From Rhizobiales bacterium NRL2 (GTDB lineage: Bacteria; Pseudomonadota; Alphaproteobacteria; Minwuiales; Minwuiaceae), in the NCBI GenBank assembly GCA_001664005.1, contig CP016093.1, forward strand, positions 3,377,031 to 3,401,030: DNA of 24,000 nt, given 5' to 3'. The translations under genes and the position numbers were made by a program. Positions 1 to 6,813 of this stretch are shown in pieces. Each line of letters opens with the position of its first letter. Position 1 is the first letter of the stretch. The notes beneath the pieces were generated by a model, which was given only the letters and a program-made list of their open reading frames with translations, was not told where the DNA came from and ran no database searches.

Positions 1-464
1 GGGACGGTCTCGCGTTCGGGCAGCGGTTCCGCCCCGCCAAGAACCCGCTCGGGCAGGCCGTCGCACTGCGCGACGTTGAACACGGTGAAACGCTTGAGGA
101 AGGGCACCGCCTGCGGCTCGTCGCCTTCCTCCGCTGCGCGCTTCTGCTCGTCCTTGGGGATGAAGCGGTCGGCATAGACGACGGTGGTGCCGCGCTCGCC
201 CTTGCGCACATGCCCGCCCAAGGCAAGGGCTTGGCGGAAGGTCAGCCAATGCTGGGCGGGGTATCCCTTCTCGATGACCGCGCCCCACAGGATCAGGATG
301 TTGATCCCGGAATAGGCGCGCTCGGTCGCCGCGTTCCGGGGCAGCCCGATCCCGGCCTTGGCCTTGCCCCAAGGCTGGACCCAGGGCACCCGCCCGGCCT
401 CCAACTCGGCAATAATCCGGTCGGTGACCTCCTGATAGATCGTCTCCCGCTTGCGCTCCGGCAT
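1..464 (-). CDS. ardC: ArdC-family antirestriction protein, N-terminal ssDNA-binding (DUF1738-type) domain; 5' part only, gene continues past the window start
   Basis: Minus-strand translation from CAT at 462-464 reads MPERKRETIYQEVTDRIIAELEAGRVPWVQPWGKAKAGIGLPRNAATERAYSGINILILWGAVIEKGYPAQHWLTFRQALALGGHVRKGERGTTVVYADRF... GGAGG lies 6 nt upstream of the start. This matches the conserved ArdC N-domain pattern (PW..PW, GIN.L.LW, W.TF.QA...G..VRKGE.GT.VV). It is absent from the ORF track because it runs off the edge. Confidence 0.8.
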   Translation of the reverse strand, partial: MPERKRETIYQEVTDRIIAELEAGRVPWVQPWGKAKAGIGLPRNAATERAYSGINILILWGAVIEKGYPAQHWLTFRQALALGGHVRKGERGTTVVYADRFIPKDEQKRAAEEGDEPQAVPFLKRFTVFNVAQCDGLPERVLGGAEPLPERETV

Positions 465-499
465 GGCACACCTCCGCTCGCAAAAACTCGCGCGCCTTT

Positions 500-858
500 C
501 CCCGGAAGCGGGGTGGGCGGCGAGATGCGACCGGAAAGGCCCGCCAAAGGGGCGGGCCGCACCCGGAGGGCCGGAACGGAGTGGAGGACCCGGAGCGGAG
601 CGGAGGGTTGCGGCGCGCCGCGGCGGGCCTAGAAGGGAGCGCCGCCCACCCCGCGCCACCGGGAAAGGCAATAGAAAGAACTTCACCGCCCGCGAGGGCG
701 GCGGCCGTCGGGCAGCCCGCAGGGCTGCCTATCGCGCCAGGGATCGAAGCCCGAAGGGCCGAGACCGGTGAGGAGGAAACGCGATCAGTCCGGTGGACTG
801 ATCGCCCGACGAACGCGGGCTCGGTTCACGAGAGCCCGGCGGCCGGCCGCAGGCCGGG
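500..858. repeat. Array of at least eight GC-rich stem-loops or palindromes in non-coding DNA upstream of ardC
   Basis: Hand-folded structures: 500-513 CCCCG/GAAG/CGGGG; 538-558 GGCCCGCC/AAAGG/GGCGGGCC; 610-621 palindrome GCGGCGCGCCGC; 686-701 CCGCCC/GCGA/GGGCGG; 711-729 GGCAGCCC/GCA/GGGCTGCC; 781-805 perfect 11-bp stem GCGATCAGTCC/GGT/GGACTGATCGC; 816-838 CGGGCTC/9 nt/GAGCCCG; 843-857 CCGGCC/GCA/GGCCGG. ORFs called here are Arg/Pro/Gly-rich and not credible. Confidence 0.6.
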
Positions 859-1415
859 CGGGCGCCCGTCACATCCGGGACGAGGATATAAGGGAGCAGT
901 CAGCCCTCTTTTGCCGCAGCAGGAGCAGTGGCTTCCATCGAGTGCGGTGCCAGCTTACGCACACGAGTTGGAGGCCATCGGCGCCGACGACGTTGCGGCT
1001 GTCTGTCTAAACGGAATGATGGAGGCGCCTCTGCGTCAGCAGGCCCTTCCCCCATTGTGGTCGATGACTCTGCCTTGTGGCGCTGATGTTACCTCGCAGC
1101 GACGGGAAAAACGCCCGTGGGCCCGGTGGACTGCCACAGGTTGACCACACAGAGGGGGTGCGGATTCGAGTTCGCCTGGGTGCAAGACGGTTATCGCCAC
1201 GACTCGTCGCGCTGCTCCACGTAACCTGCACGCTGATCCGTCGGCAGCGCTCGGCACGATCGACGTTGCAGATACGCGGCGCGTCGATCCACGCAATCCG
1301 GCGGCGTCATGAAATCAGCTTAATCCTCCGTTAAGCACGTGGTGCTATCTGTAGGAAAATGTGCGCCTGTGCGAGCCATGGCGGATAAAACTTTCGTGAC
1401 GAAGGCCGATGCGTC

Positions 1416-1444
1416 TTGACCGGCACGATGTCGGCCCCTAGATA
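1416..1444 (+). promoter_or_regulatory. Putative sigma70-type promoter of the cop operon with an internal dyad
   Basis: TTGACC (1416-1421), a 17-nt spacer, then TAGATA (1439-1444), about 65 nt upstream of the ATG at 1510. The spacer contains the near-dyad CCGGCA-cga-TGTCGG. Pattern match only. Confidence 0.3.
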
Positions 1445-1509
1445 GGCAACGCCTTGGTGTGCTGCGAGTGAGTCGCCGTTTGTTGGCTGTTACGGTATTG
1501 CAAAATAGA

Positions 1510-1851
1510 ATGTGGCGTTTGCTGACAGCACTCTTAGTCGTTGTAGGGCTTTTATTGGCCCAGAGTCCTGCCCATGCCTCGCCGCATCATGCGATGCCGG
1601 CTTCCGTCACCACCACGGATACTCTGGGCGCGCCAGCGCCAGCGCCACCGAGCGACCATTCCCACGGCGAGCACGCCGGCTCCGGTCATTGTATTACCCC
1701 GTCGTGTGGGCCCTCGTTTGCAGGGCCTGGAAGCTCTTTCGCCCTGATTCACTCAAACCGCTATGAGCGGTTTCGGCCCGCTGGCGCCGATAGAGATCTG
1801 CGCTCCGTCGCCTTGGACCGCGATCCTCCCGTCCCCCGATCCACCGTCTGA
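1510..1851 (+). CDS. Small secreted His/Cys-containing protein, first gene of the cop operon (possibly CopL/DUF2946-like, uncertain)
   Basis: In-frame ATG at 1510 inside ORF 1459-1851 gives MWRLLTALLVVVGLLLAQSPAHA|SPHH..., a signal-peptide-like N-terminus. Potential metal ligands follow (SDHSHGEHAGSGHCITPSCGP). It sits directly upstream of copA. Its codon usage is less GC3-biased than the neighbouring genes. Confidence 0.5.
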   Translation: MWRLLTALLVVVGLLLAQSPAHASPHHAMPASVTTTDTLGAPAPAPPSDHSHGEHAGSGHCITPSCGPSFAGPGSSFALIHSNRYERFRPAGADRDLRSVALDRDPPVPRSTV

Positions 1852-2057
1852 TCCCGTTTCTGTCGACGCGGCCACGCCGCGTGCCATGACGCACGTCGTG
1901 ATGCGGCGCTAGCGAGGCCGCAAGGCATCCGGCCGCGGCTGGACAGAAGCCTCTTTTGAAACCTCACGGCCGTAAGGCCGGCTGGAACAGACACGTATCT
2001 TCCGTTGCGCAGACCGTGGGCATGAGCCCGAGGGCAGCAGGACGGGGAGCGGAGAGG

Positions 2058-4040
2058 ATGAAAATGCGCCTCAAAGGCATTCTGGTGTCAACGCTGGCAG
2101 CGTTGGCCGTCGCGGGCCCGGCGCTCGCCGGCGAGTACGACCTCGTCATCGAGGAAAAGACCGTCAACGTCACCGGCCGGGAGCGGCCGGCCATGACCGT
2201 CAACGGATCGATCCCCGGCCCCGTCCTGCGCATGCGCGAGGGCGAGGAGGTGACGATCCGGGTCACCAACCGGCTCTCCGAGCTCACGTCCATCCACTGG
2301 CACGGGATACTTCTCCCGGCGAACATGGACGGCGTGCCCATCCTGAGCTTCGACGGGATCGCGCCCGGCGAGACCTTCACCTACCGCTTCCCCGTCAAGC
2401 AGAGCGGCACATACTGGTACCACAGCCATTCCGGCTTGCAGGAGCAGTCGGGCGTCTACGGCCCGCTCGTGATCGATCCCGCGGAGCCGGCGCCGTACCG
2501 CTACGACCGCGAATACGTGGTCATGCTCTCGGACTGGACGGACGAGGACCCGCACCGGGTGCTCTCCAACCTCAAGAAGCAGAGCGACTACTACAATTGG
2601 AACAAGCGCACAGTCTTCGACTTCTTCCGCGACGTCGGGGACAAGGGCTGGGACGTCACGGTCCGCGACCGCCTCGACTGGGGTGCGATGCGGATGGACC
2701 CGACCGACATCGCGGACGTGAGCGGCTACACCTTCCTCGTCAACGGCCAGCCGCCGGCCGCCAACTGGACGGCGCTGTTCAAGCCGGGCGAACGGGTGCG
2801 GTTGCGCTTCATCAACGGCTCGGCGATGAGCTTCTTCGACGTGCGCATTCCTGGGCTGCGCATGCAGGTCGTCCAGGCCGACGGCCAGGACGTGGCACCG
2901 GTGACGGTTGACAAGTTCCGCATCGCCGTCGCCGAGACCTACGACGTGATCGTCGAGCCCAAGAAACACCGCGCCTACACGGTCTTCGCCGAGAGCATCG
3001 ACCGCAGCGGTTACGCCCGCGCCACACTGGCACCGCGCGAGGGCATGGCGGCCGAGATCCCGACGATGCGGCCGCGCCAGATCCTCACGATGGCCGACAT
3101 GGGAGCGGCGCACGGCGGCATGAGCGGCATGCAGCACGACATGCCGGCCCAGGACCAGCAGCCGGGCGGCGCCCACGGTGCGGGGCACGAACCGCCAGGT
3201 GCGATGCCGGCGATGGACCACGGCAGCATGGGCGGCATGCAGCATAAGCCCGGCACGCAGAAGACGTGGCCCGCAGGCGACACTGCCTCGGACCAGCCCC
3301 AGGGCTCGACGGCGCCGCACAGCGCCGCCGGCGCCGGAGACCACAGCGGCATGACCATGCCGATGCAGCACGGCGCCATGCAGGAAGCACCGGCGGGCGG
3401 CGGCGCCACAGCGATGGGCCATTCGGCGATGGGCCATGGGTCGGCCGGGCAACCGGCCGCACAGCCGATGGAGCAAGAAGGCCACGGCATAGCCACTGCC
3501 GCGGGCCGGAGTGGCCCGGAACATGTCGGGCATCAAATGCCCCCCAGGGGCGAAACCGCGCCGGCCGGCGCAGCCCACGGCGGGATGGCGATGGATGACG
3601 GCTCGCCAAAGATTCTCAGCTACGCCGACCTCCGGGCCGTCGTGCCCAATTACGATACGCGACCGCCGGAACGGGAGATCCTGGTCCGCCTCACCGGCAA
3701 CATGGAGCGGTACTTCTGGTCGATCAACGACAAGAAGTTCTCCAAAGCGGAGCCGATCAAGCTCCGCCACGGCGAGCGCGTGCGCATCAAGTTCGTCAAC
3801 GAGACCATGATGAACCATCCCATGCATCTGCACGGCATGTGGATGGAGATCGAGAACGGCAACGGTGCCAATAACCCCCGCAAGCACACCGTTAACGTGC
3901 CGCCAGGGCAGACGGTCTACGCCGACGTGACGGCGGACGCTTTGGGCCAGTGGGCGTTCCACTGCCACCTGCTCTACCACATGGACACCGGCATGTTCCG
4001 GACCGTGGTTGTCGCCAACGTCGTCGCGCAAGCCGAGTGA
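2058..4040 (+). CDS. copA: Copper-resistance multicopper oxidase (CopA/PcoA type)
   Basis: ORF 1956-4040 trimmed to ATG 2058 (GGAGCGGAGAGG upstream). N-terminus MKMRLKGILVSTLAALAVAGPALA. Four MCO copper motifs are visible: IHWHG, WYHSHSG, HPMHLHG and HCHLLYHMDTGM. There is a long Met/His-rich insert. Confidence 0.93.
   Translation: MKMRLKGILVSTLAALAVAGPALAGEYDLVIEEKTVNVTGRERPAMTVNGSIPGPVLRMREGEEVTIRVTNRLSELTSIHWHGILLPANMDGVPILSFDGIAPGETFTYRFPVKQSGTYWYHSHSGLQEQSGVYGPLVIDPAEPAPYRYDREYVVMLSDWTDEDPHRVLSNLKKQSDYYNWNKRTVFDFFRDVGDKGWDVTVRDRLDWGAMRMDPTDIADVSGYTFLVNGQPPAANWTALFKPGERVRLRFINGSAMSFFDVRIPGLRMQVVQADGQDVAPVTVDKFRIAVAETYDVIVEPKKHRAYTVFAESIDRSGYARATLAPREGMAAEIPTMRPRQILTMADMGAAHGGMSGMQHDMPAQDQQPGGAHGAGHEPPGAMPAMDHGSMGGMQHKPGTQKTWPAGDTASDQPQGSTAPHSAAGAGDHSGMTMPMQHGAMQEAPAGGGATAMGHSAMGHGSAGQPAAQPMEQEGHGIATAAGRSGPEHVGHQMPPRGETAPAGAAHGGMAMDDGSPKILSYADLRAVVPNYDTRPPEREILVRLTGNMERYFWSINDKKFSKAEPIKLRHGERVRIKFVNETMMNHPMHLHGMWMEIENGNGANNPRKHTVNVPPGQTVYADVTADALGQWAFHCHLLYHMDTGMFRTVVVANVVAQAE
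3090..3600 (+). other. Met/His-rich low-complexity insert within CopA (repeated M-x-x-M-Q-H and HG/MG motifs)
   Basis: Translation reads MADMGAAHGGMSGMQHDMP...HGSMGGMQHKPG...HSGMTMPMQHGAMQ...AMGHSAMGHGS...HGGMAMDD. The MxxMQH unit occurs three times, alongside many Met, His and Gly residues. Confidence 0.85.
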
Positions 4041-4055
4041 GTGGGGTGGGAGACG

Positions 4056-4787
4056 ATGATCAAGAACGGCATATGGCACCGGCCGCTGCTCGCTGTGGCA
4101 GCGGCCACGCTCCTGCTCACGGGCGCCCAGATGGCGCAGGCCCAGGTCGCCGACGAAGAGGTCTTCACGTTCCTGCAGGTGGAGCGGTTCGAGTACCGAG
4201 CGACAGACGGCAAGGATCTCTTGAACTGGGAGGCCCAGGGCTGGGCCGGGACCGACACCAACAAGGCTTGGCTCAAGACCGAGGGCGAGAAGCTTGTTGG
4301 CGGCAAGGTGGAAGACGCCGAGGTGCAGCTCCTCTACAGCCGGATGATCGCCCCGTTCTGGGACCTGCAGGTCGGCGCGCGTTATGACATCCGGCCGGAC
4401 CCATCGCGCGGCTTCGCCGTCTTCGGCGTCCAGGGCTTTGCACCCTACTTCTTCGAGGTGGACGCCGCGGGCTTCGTCAGCGAGGACGGCGACGTCTCGG
4501 CCCGGATCGAGGCGGAGTACGAGCTCCTGCTCACACAACGGCTCATCTTGCAGCCGTCGGCCGAACTCAACTTCGCCGTCCAGGAGGTCGAGCGGCTCGG
4601 CATCGGGCGCGGCCTCAGCGATGTCGAGCTGGGGCTGAGGCTTCGTTACGAGATCGTCCGGGAGTTCGCGCCTTATGTCGGCGTCTCCTGGGAACGCAAG
4701 GTCGGACGGACGGCCGACTTTGCCCGACGAGAGGGCGAGGACGTCGACAGCCTCGCGCTCGTCGCCGGTGTCCGGTTCTGGTTCTGA
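4056..4787 (+). CDS. copB: Copper resistance protein B (outer-membrane CopB/PcoB family)
   Basis: ATG 4056 (GGGAG upstream) within ORF 4041-4787. Signal peptide MIKNGIWHRPLLAVAAATLLLTGAQMAQA. CopB-like beta-barrel sequence ending ...LVAGVRFWF. It starts 16 nt after the copA stop. Confidence 0.9.
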   Translation: MIKNGIWHRPLLAVAAATLLLTGAQMAQAQVADEEVFTFLQVERFEYRATDGKDLLNWEAQGWAGTDTNKAWLKTEGEKLVGGKVEDAEVQLLYSRMIAPFWDLQVGARYDIRPDPSRGFAVFGVQGFAPYFFEVDAAGFVSEDGDVSARIEAEYELLLTQRLILQPSAELNFAVQEVERLGIGRGLSDVELGLRLRYEIVREFAPYVGVSWERKVGRTADFARREGEDVDSLALVAGVRFWF

Positions 4788-4832
4788 GCCGCAGACATCG
4801 GTCTGACCACCACTGAAGCATAGGAGGTAACA

Positions 4833-5282
4833 ATGCGCGCATTACGCACGCTCACCGGAACTCTGCTCGCGATGGCCGTGGCGGGCGGGATCGCCACGGC
4901 TAACGCGGCAGAAGCCACAATCGAAATGCTCAACAAGGGCGAGGACGGCCGCTTCGTCTATTCGCCGCAGCTCGTCCGCATCAAGCCGGGCGAGACCGTC
5001 ACCTTCGTCGCGACCGACAAGGGACACGACGCTGTGTCGATCGCCGGCATGCTGCCCGGCGGCGCACAGCCGCTCAAGGTCCCGTTCAACAAGGACGGAT
5101 CCTTCACCCTGACGGAACCCGGCGTCTACGGGATCCGGTGCACGCCACACGTCGGTCTGGGGATGGTGACCGTGATTGTCGTAGGCGAGCCGACGAATCT
5201 CGAGGCCGCCGAGGCCGCCGCCAGCAAGCTTCCCCCGAAGGCGAGAGAGCGCATGCAGGCGCTCCTCTCGCAAGTCTCGTGA
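4833..5282 (+). CDS. Pseudoazurin (type-1 blue copper protein)
   Basis: Signal peptide MRALRTLTGTLLAMAVAGGIATANA. Cupredoxin sequence MLNKGEDGRFVYSPQLVRIKPGETVTF with type-1 site C-T-P-H-x-x-x-G-M (RCTPHVGLGM). RBS AGGAGG lies upstream. Confidence 0.85.
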   Translation: MRALRTLTGTLLAMAVAGGIATANAAEATIEMLNKGEDGRFVYSPQLVRIKPGETVTFVATDKGHDAVSIAGMLPGGAQPLKVPFNKDGSFTLTEPGVYGIRCTPHVGLGMVTVIVVGEPTNLEAAEAAASKLPPKARERMQALLSQVS

Positions 5283-5312
5283 GTGCAACTCAACCTACAG
5301 GAGTGTAAGCCT

Positions 5313-5912
5313 ATGAAACTCACAAGCTTTGTATCTATGCGTCACATGCTCGTCGCATCCGCCGCCGTCCTGGCGCTGGGCATCGCCGGTGCGCAGGCCG
5401 GCCCGTCCGGCCATGGCGGAGACCACCACGGTAGTGGTCACGCCACGAGCTTTGGCAAGCCGGGCGACCCGGCCAAGGTCGACCGGACAATAGAGGTGGT
5501 GGCCAAAGGTCTGGACTACGGCATCGACAAGCTCCAGTTCCGGGCCGGCGAAACGGTCCGCTTCGTCGTCACCAACGAGAGCGAGCTCGTCCACGACTTC
5601 ACCATCGGCGATGCCGCGACGCAGAAGGCCCATCGCGAAGAGATGATGAAGATGATGGACCAAGGCGGTATGGCGAGCGGAGAAATGAAGCACGACGACA
5701 CGAACGCCGTGTTCCTTCGGCCCGGCGAGACCAAGGAGCTGGTCTGGACTTTCACTGAATCCGGCACGCTCGAGTACGCCTGCAACGTCCCCGGGCACTA
5801 TGAGGCCGGCATGAAGGGGCCAATTGTCGTGGCCGACTCCGGTGCATCATCATCTTCGGCGTCTGAGGGTCACGACCCAGGACACGATACGGGGGCCATG
5901 CATAAGAACTAG
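5313..5912 (+). CDS. Periplasmic cupredoxin with His/Met-rich segments (CopI-like copper-tolerance protein)
   Basis: ATG 5313 (AGGAG upstream) within ORF 5283-5912. Signal peptide, then GHGGDHHGSGH. Plastocyanin-like fold with HDF...YACNVPGHYEAGM ligands. Internal EEMMKMMDQGGMASGEMKHDD and a C-terminal His-rich tail. Confidence 0.75.
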   Translation: MKLTSFVSMRHMLVASAAVLALGIAGAQAGPSGHGGDHHGSGHATSFGKPGDPAKVDRTIEVVAKGLDYGIDKLQFRAGETVRFVVTNESELVHDFTIGDAATQKAHREEMMKMMDQGGMASGEMKHDDTNAVFLRPGETKELVWTFTESGTLEYACNVPGHYEAGMKGPIVVADSGASSSSASEGHDPGHDTGAMHKN

Positions 5913-5930
5913 GCGCGGGAAGTAGGACGG

Positions 5931-5957
5931 CGTGGCGAGCCGATGGGGCTCGCCACG
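5931..5957 (+). terminator. Stem-loop immediately after the cop operon (likely intrinsic terminator)
   Basis: Perfect 11-bp stem CGTGGCGAGCC (5931-5941) / GGCTCGCCACG (5947-5957) with loop GATGG, 19 nt after the stop at 5910-5912. No clear T-tract follows. Confidence 0.45.
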
Positions 5958-6133
5958 TCTACCGTTCATACCGCTCGGCCAACCGCTATCGTTTGGGTTC
6001 AAATCGTGCTGCACGAGAGATACGCGGGCAGCCGCGAAGAGCCCAAGGGCGGCGCACGCATGCTTCGTGCCGGCTGGTTTCGCCTACTCTGGGATTGTCG
6101 AGAGCGTCGGCCTTGTAGAGGGCGATAAGGACA

Positions 6134-6409
6134 TTAATCACCGTCTCGATTTCTCGGGCGTCCTTCATTCGAGAGAGTGTTGCCGGTGTCGCCGGCAGGA
6201 GAAGACCTGCGGAGGAGATCCGCCGCCTCCATCCCAAGACCTTGGGCGAGTCTCTCGACTACCTCGATGCTGGCGGCATAGACGCTGCGCTCAATGGCGC
6301 TGATGTAGGTGCGGTCGATATCTGCGCGGTGAGCCAATTCTTCCTGCGACAGGCCTTGGGCCTGCCGGCATTTTCGCAAGTTGAGCGCGAGCACCTCTCG
6401 TATCTCCAT
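6134..6409 (-). CDS. qseC: XRE-family helix-turn-helix regulator, QseC-like by position
   Basis: MEIREVLALNLRKCRQAQGLSQEELAHRADIDRTYISAIERSVYAASIEVVERLAQGLGMEAADLL is a canonical HTH_XRE domain. It is divergent from the QseM-like gene, as qseC/qseM are in ICEMlSymR7A. The symbol is assigned from synteny only. Confidence 0.75.
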   Translation of the reverse strand: MEIREVLALNLRKCRQAQGLSQEELAHRADIDRTYISAIERSVYAASIEVVERLAQGLGMEAADLLRRSSPAGDTGNTLSNEGRPRNRDGD

Positions 6410-6427
6410 GGACGAGAGAGCAGCGGC

Positions 6428-6462
6428 TTGTCGAGTATTTCACCACGGAGTATTTTCGACAA
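6428..6462. promoter_or_regulatory. Candidate operator in the divergent qseC/qseM-like intergenic region
   Basis: A 7-bp inverted repeat TTGTCGA (6428-6434) / TCGACAA (6456-6462) encloses two direct GAGTATTT copies (6433-6440 and 6448-6455). Confidence 0.3.
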
Positions 6463-6538
6463 TCGATGGCAGCGAAGGTGGTGTGCTTTAAGACTACCGA
6501 ATAGCCGGTAACGGACACGGCATAGGGAATAGCTCGTA

Positions 6539-6805
6539 ATGGCGAAGGAAGAGCAGAAACCCGAAGTTGCCGACCACGTCCCCTGGGTGGAGCGGATCAC
6601 GCCCTACGACGAGGCGCATTTTGTCACCTACCTCCGGCTGCTGGACGCCGAAGCGGACGGGGCCGAGTGGAAGGAGGTCGCCCGGCTGGTGCTCGGACGG
6701 GAGCCCGACACGGATGCCGCCGCCCGGCACTGTTGGGAAGACCACCTTGCGCGGGCGCATTGGATGACACGATCCGGCTACAGGCAACTGCTCAAGGACG
6801 CCTGA
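6539..6805 (+). CDS. qseM: 88-aa stand-alone DUF2285-like protein, QseM-like antiactivator candidate
   Basis: Its size and position (between the XRE gene and the FseA-like gene, convergent with the latter) match qseM. Its sequence YLRLLDAEADGAEWKEVARLVLG...DHLARAHWMTRSGYRQLL parallels the C-terminus of the neighbouring activator (LQALDGWLDGAPYRDIAIALFG...DHVRRAVRRGRALMRGGYRKFLL). Confidence 0.65.
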   Translation: MAKEEQKPEVADHVPWVERITPYDEAHFVTYLRLLDAEADGAEWKEVARLVLGREPDTDAAARHCWEDHLARAHWMTRSGYRQLLKDA

Positions 6806-6813
6806 GCGGCGTG

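Noticed and set aside
1150-1192. tRNA 3'-end-like string GGTGCGGATTCGAGTTCGCCTGGGTGCAAG (possible att-site or tRNA remnant)
   Set aside because: The T-arm pairs at only 3 of 5 positions. No CCA or acceptor partner is present, and no D or anticodon arms lie upstream. Its resemblance to an alphaproteobacterial tRNA-Phe end rests on a remembered sequence and is too degenerate to call.
1191-1310. 39-aa minus-strand ORF (MTPPDCVDRRAAYLQRRSCRALPTDQRAGYVEQRDESWR) preceded by GGAGG
   Set aside because: The SD-to-ATG spacing is about 14 nt, the peptide has no recognisable features, and it is too short to support without conservation data.
210-1334. Multiple overlapping ORFs (e.g. 581-1144, 187 aa; 451-771; 1036-1296) in the ardC-cop spacer
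   Set aside because: The translations are Arg/Pro/Gly-rich. They overlap one another and the hairpin array or ardC, and they lack RBS and recognisable domains. I treated the region as non-coding or decayed.
3090-3600. Periodic repeats that might suggest a CRISPR or tandem-repeat array
   Set aside because: The periodicity is at the protein level (Met/His motifs) within the intact copA frame. There are no identical direct repeats with unique spacers.
2088-4538. 816-aa ORF on the minus strand spanning copA and copB
   Set aside because: It is antisense to two genes with unmistakable conserved motifs. Its translation is Arg/Ala/Gly/His-rich with no recognisable domain. This is a typical shadow ORF of high-GC DNA.
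5986-6170. 61-aa minus-strand ORF (MKDAREIETVINVLIALYKADALDNPRVGETSRHEA...) overlapping the tail of the XRE gene
   Set aside because: It has no RBS and overlaps the XRE C-terminus in another frame, and I recognise no family. It could be a real small protein or a C-terminal extension reached by a frameshift. I cannot support either from sequence alone.
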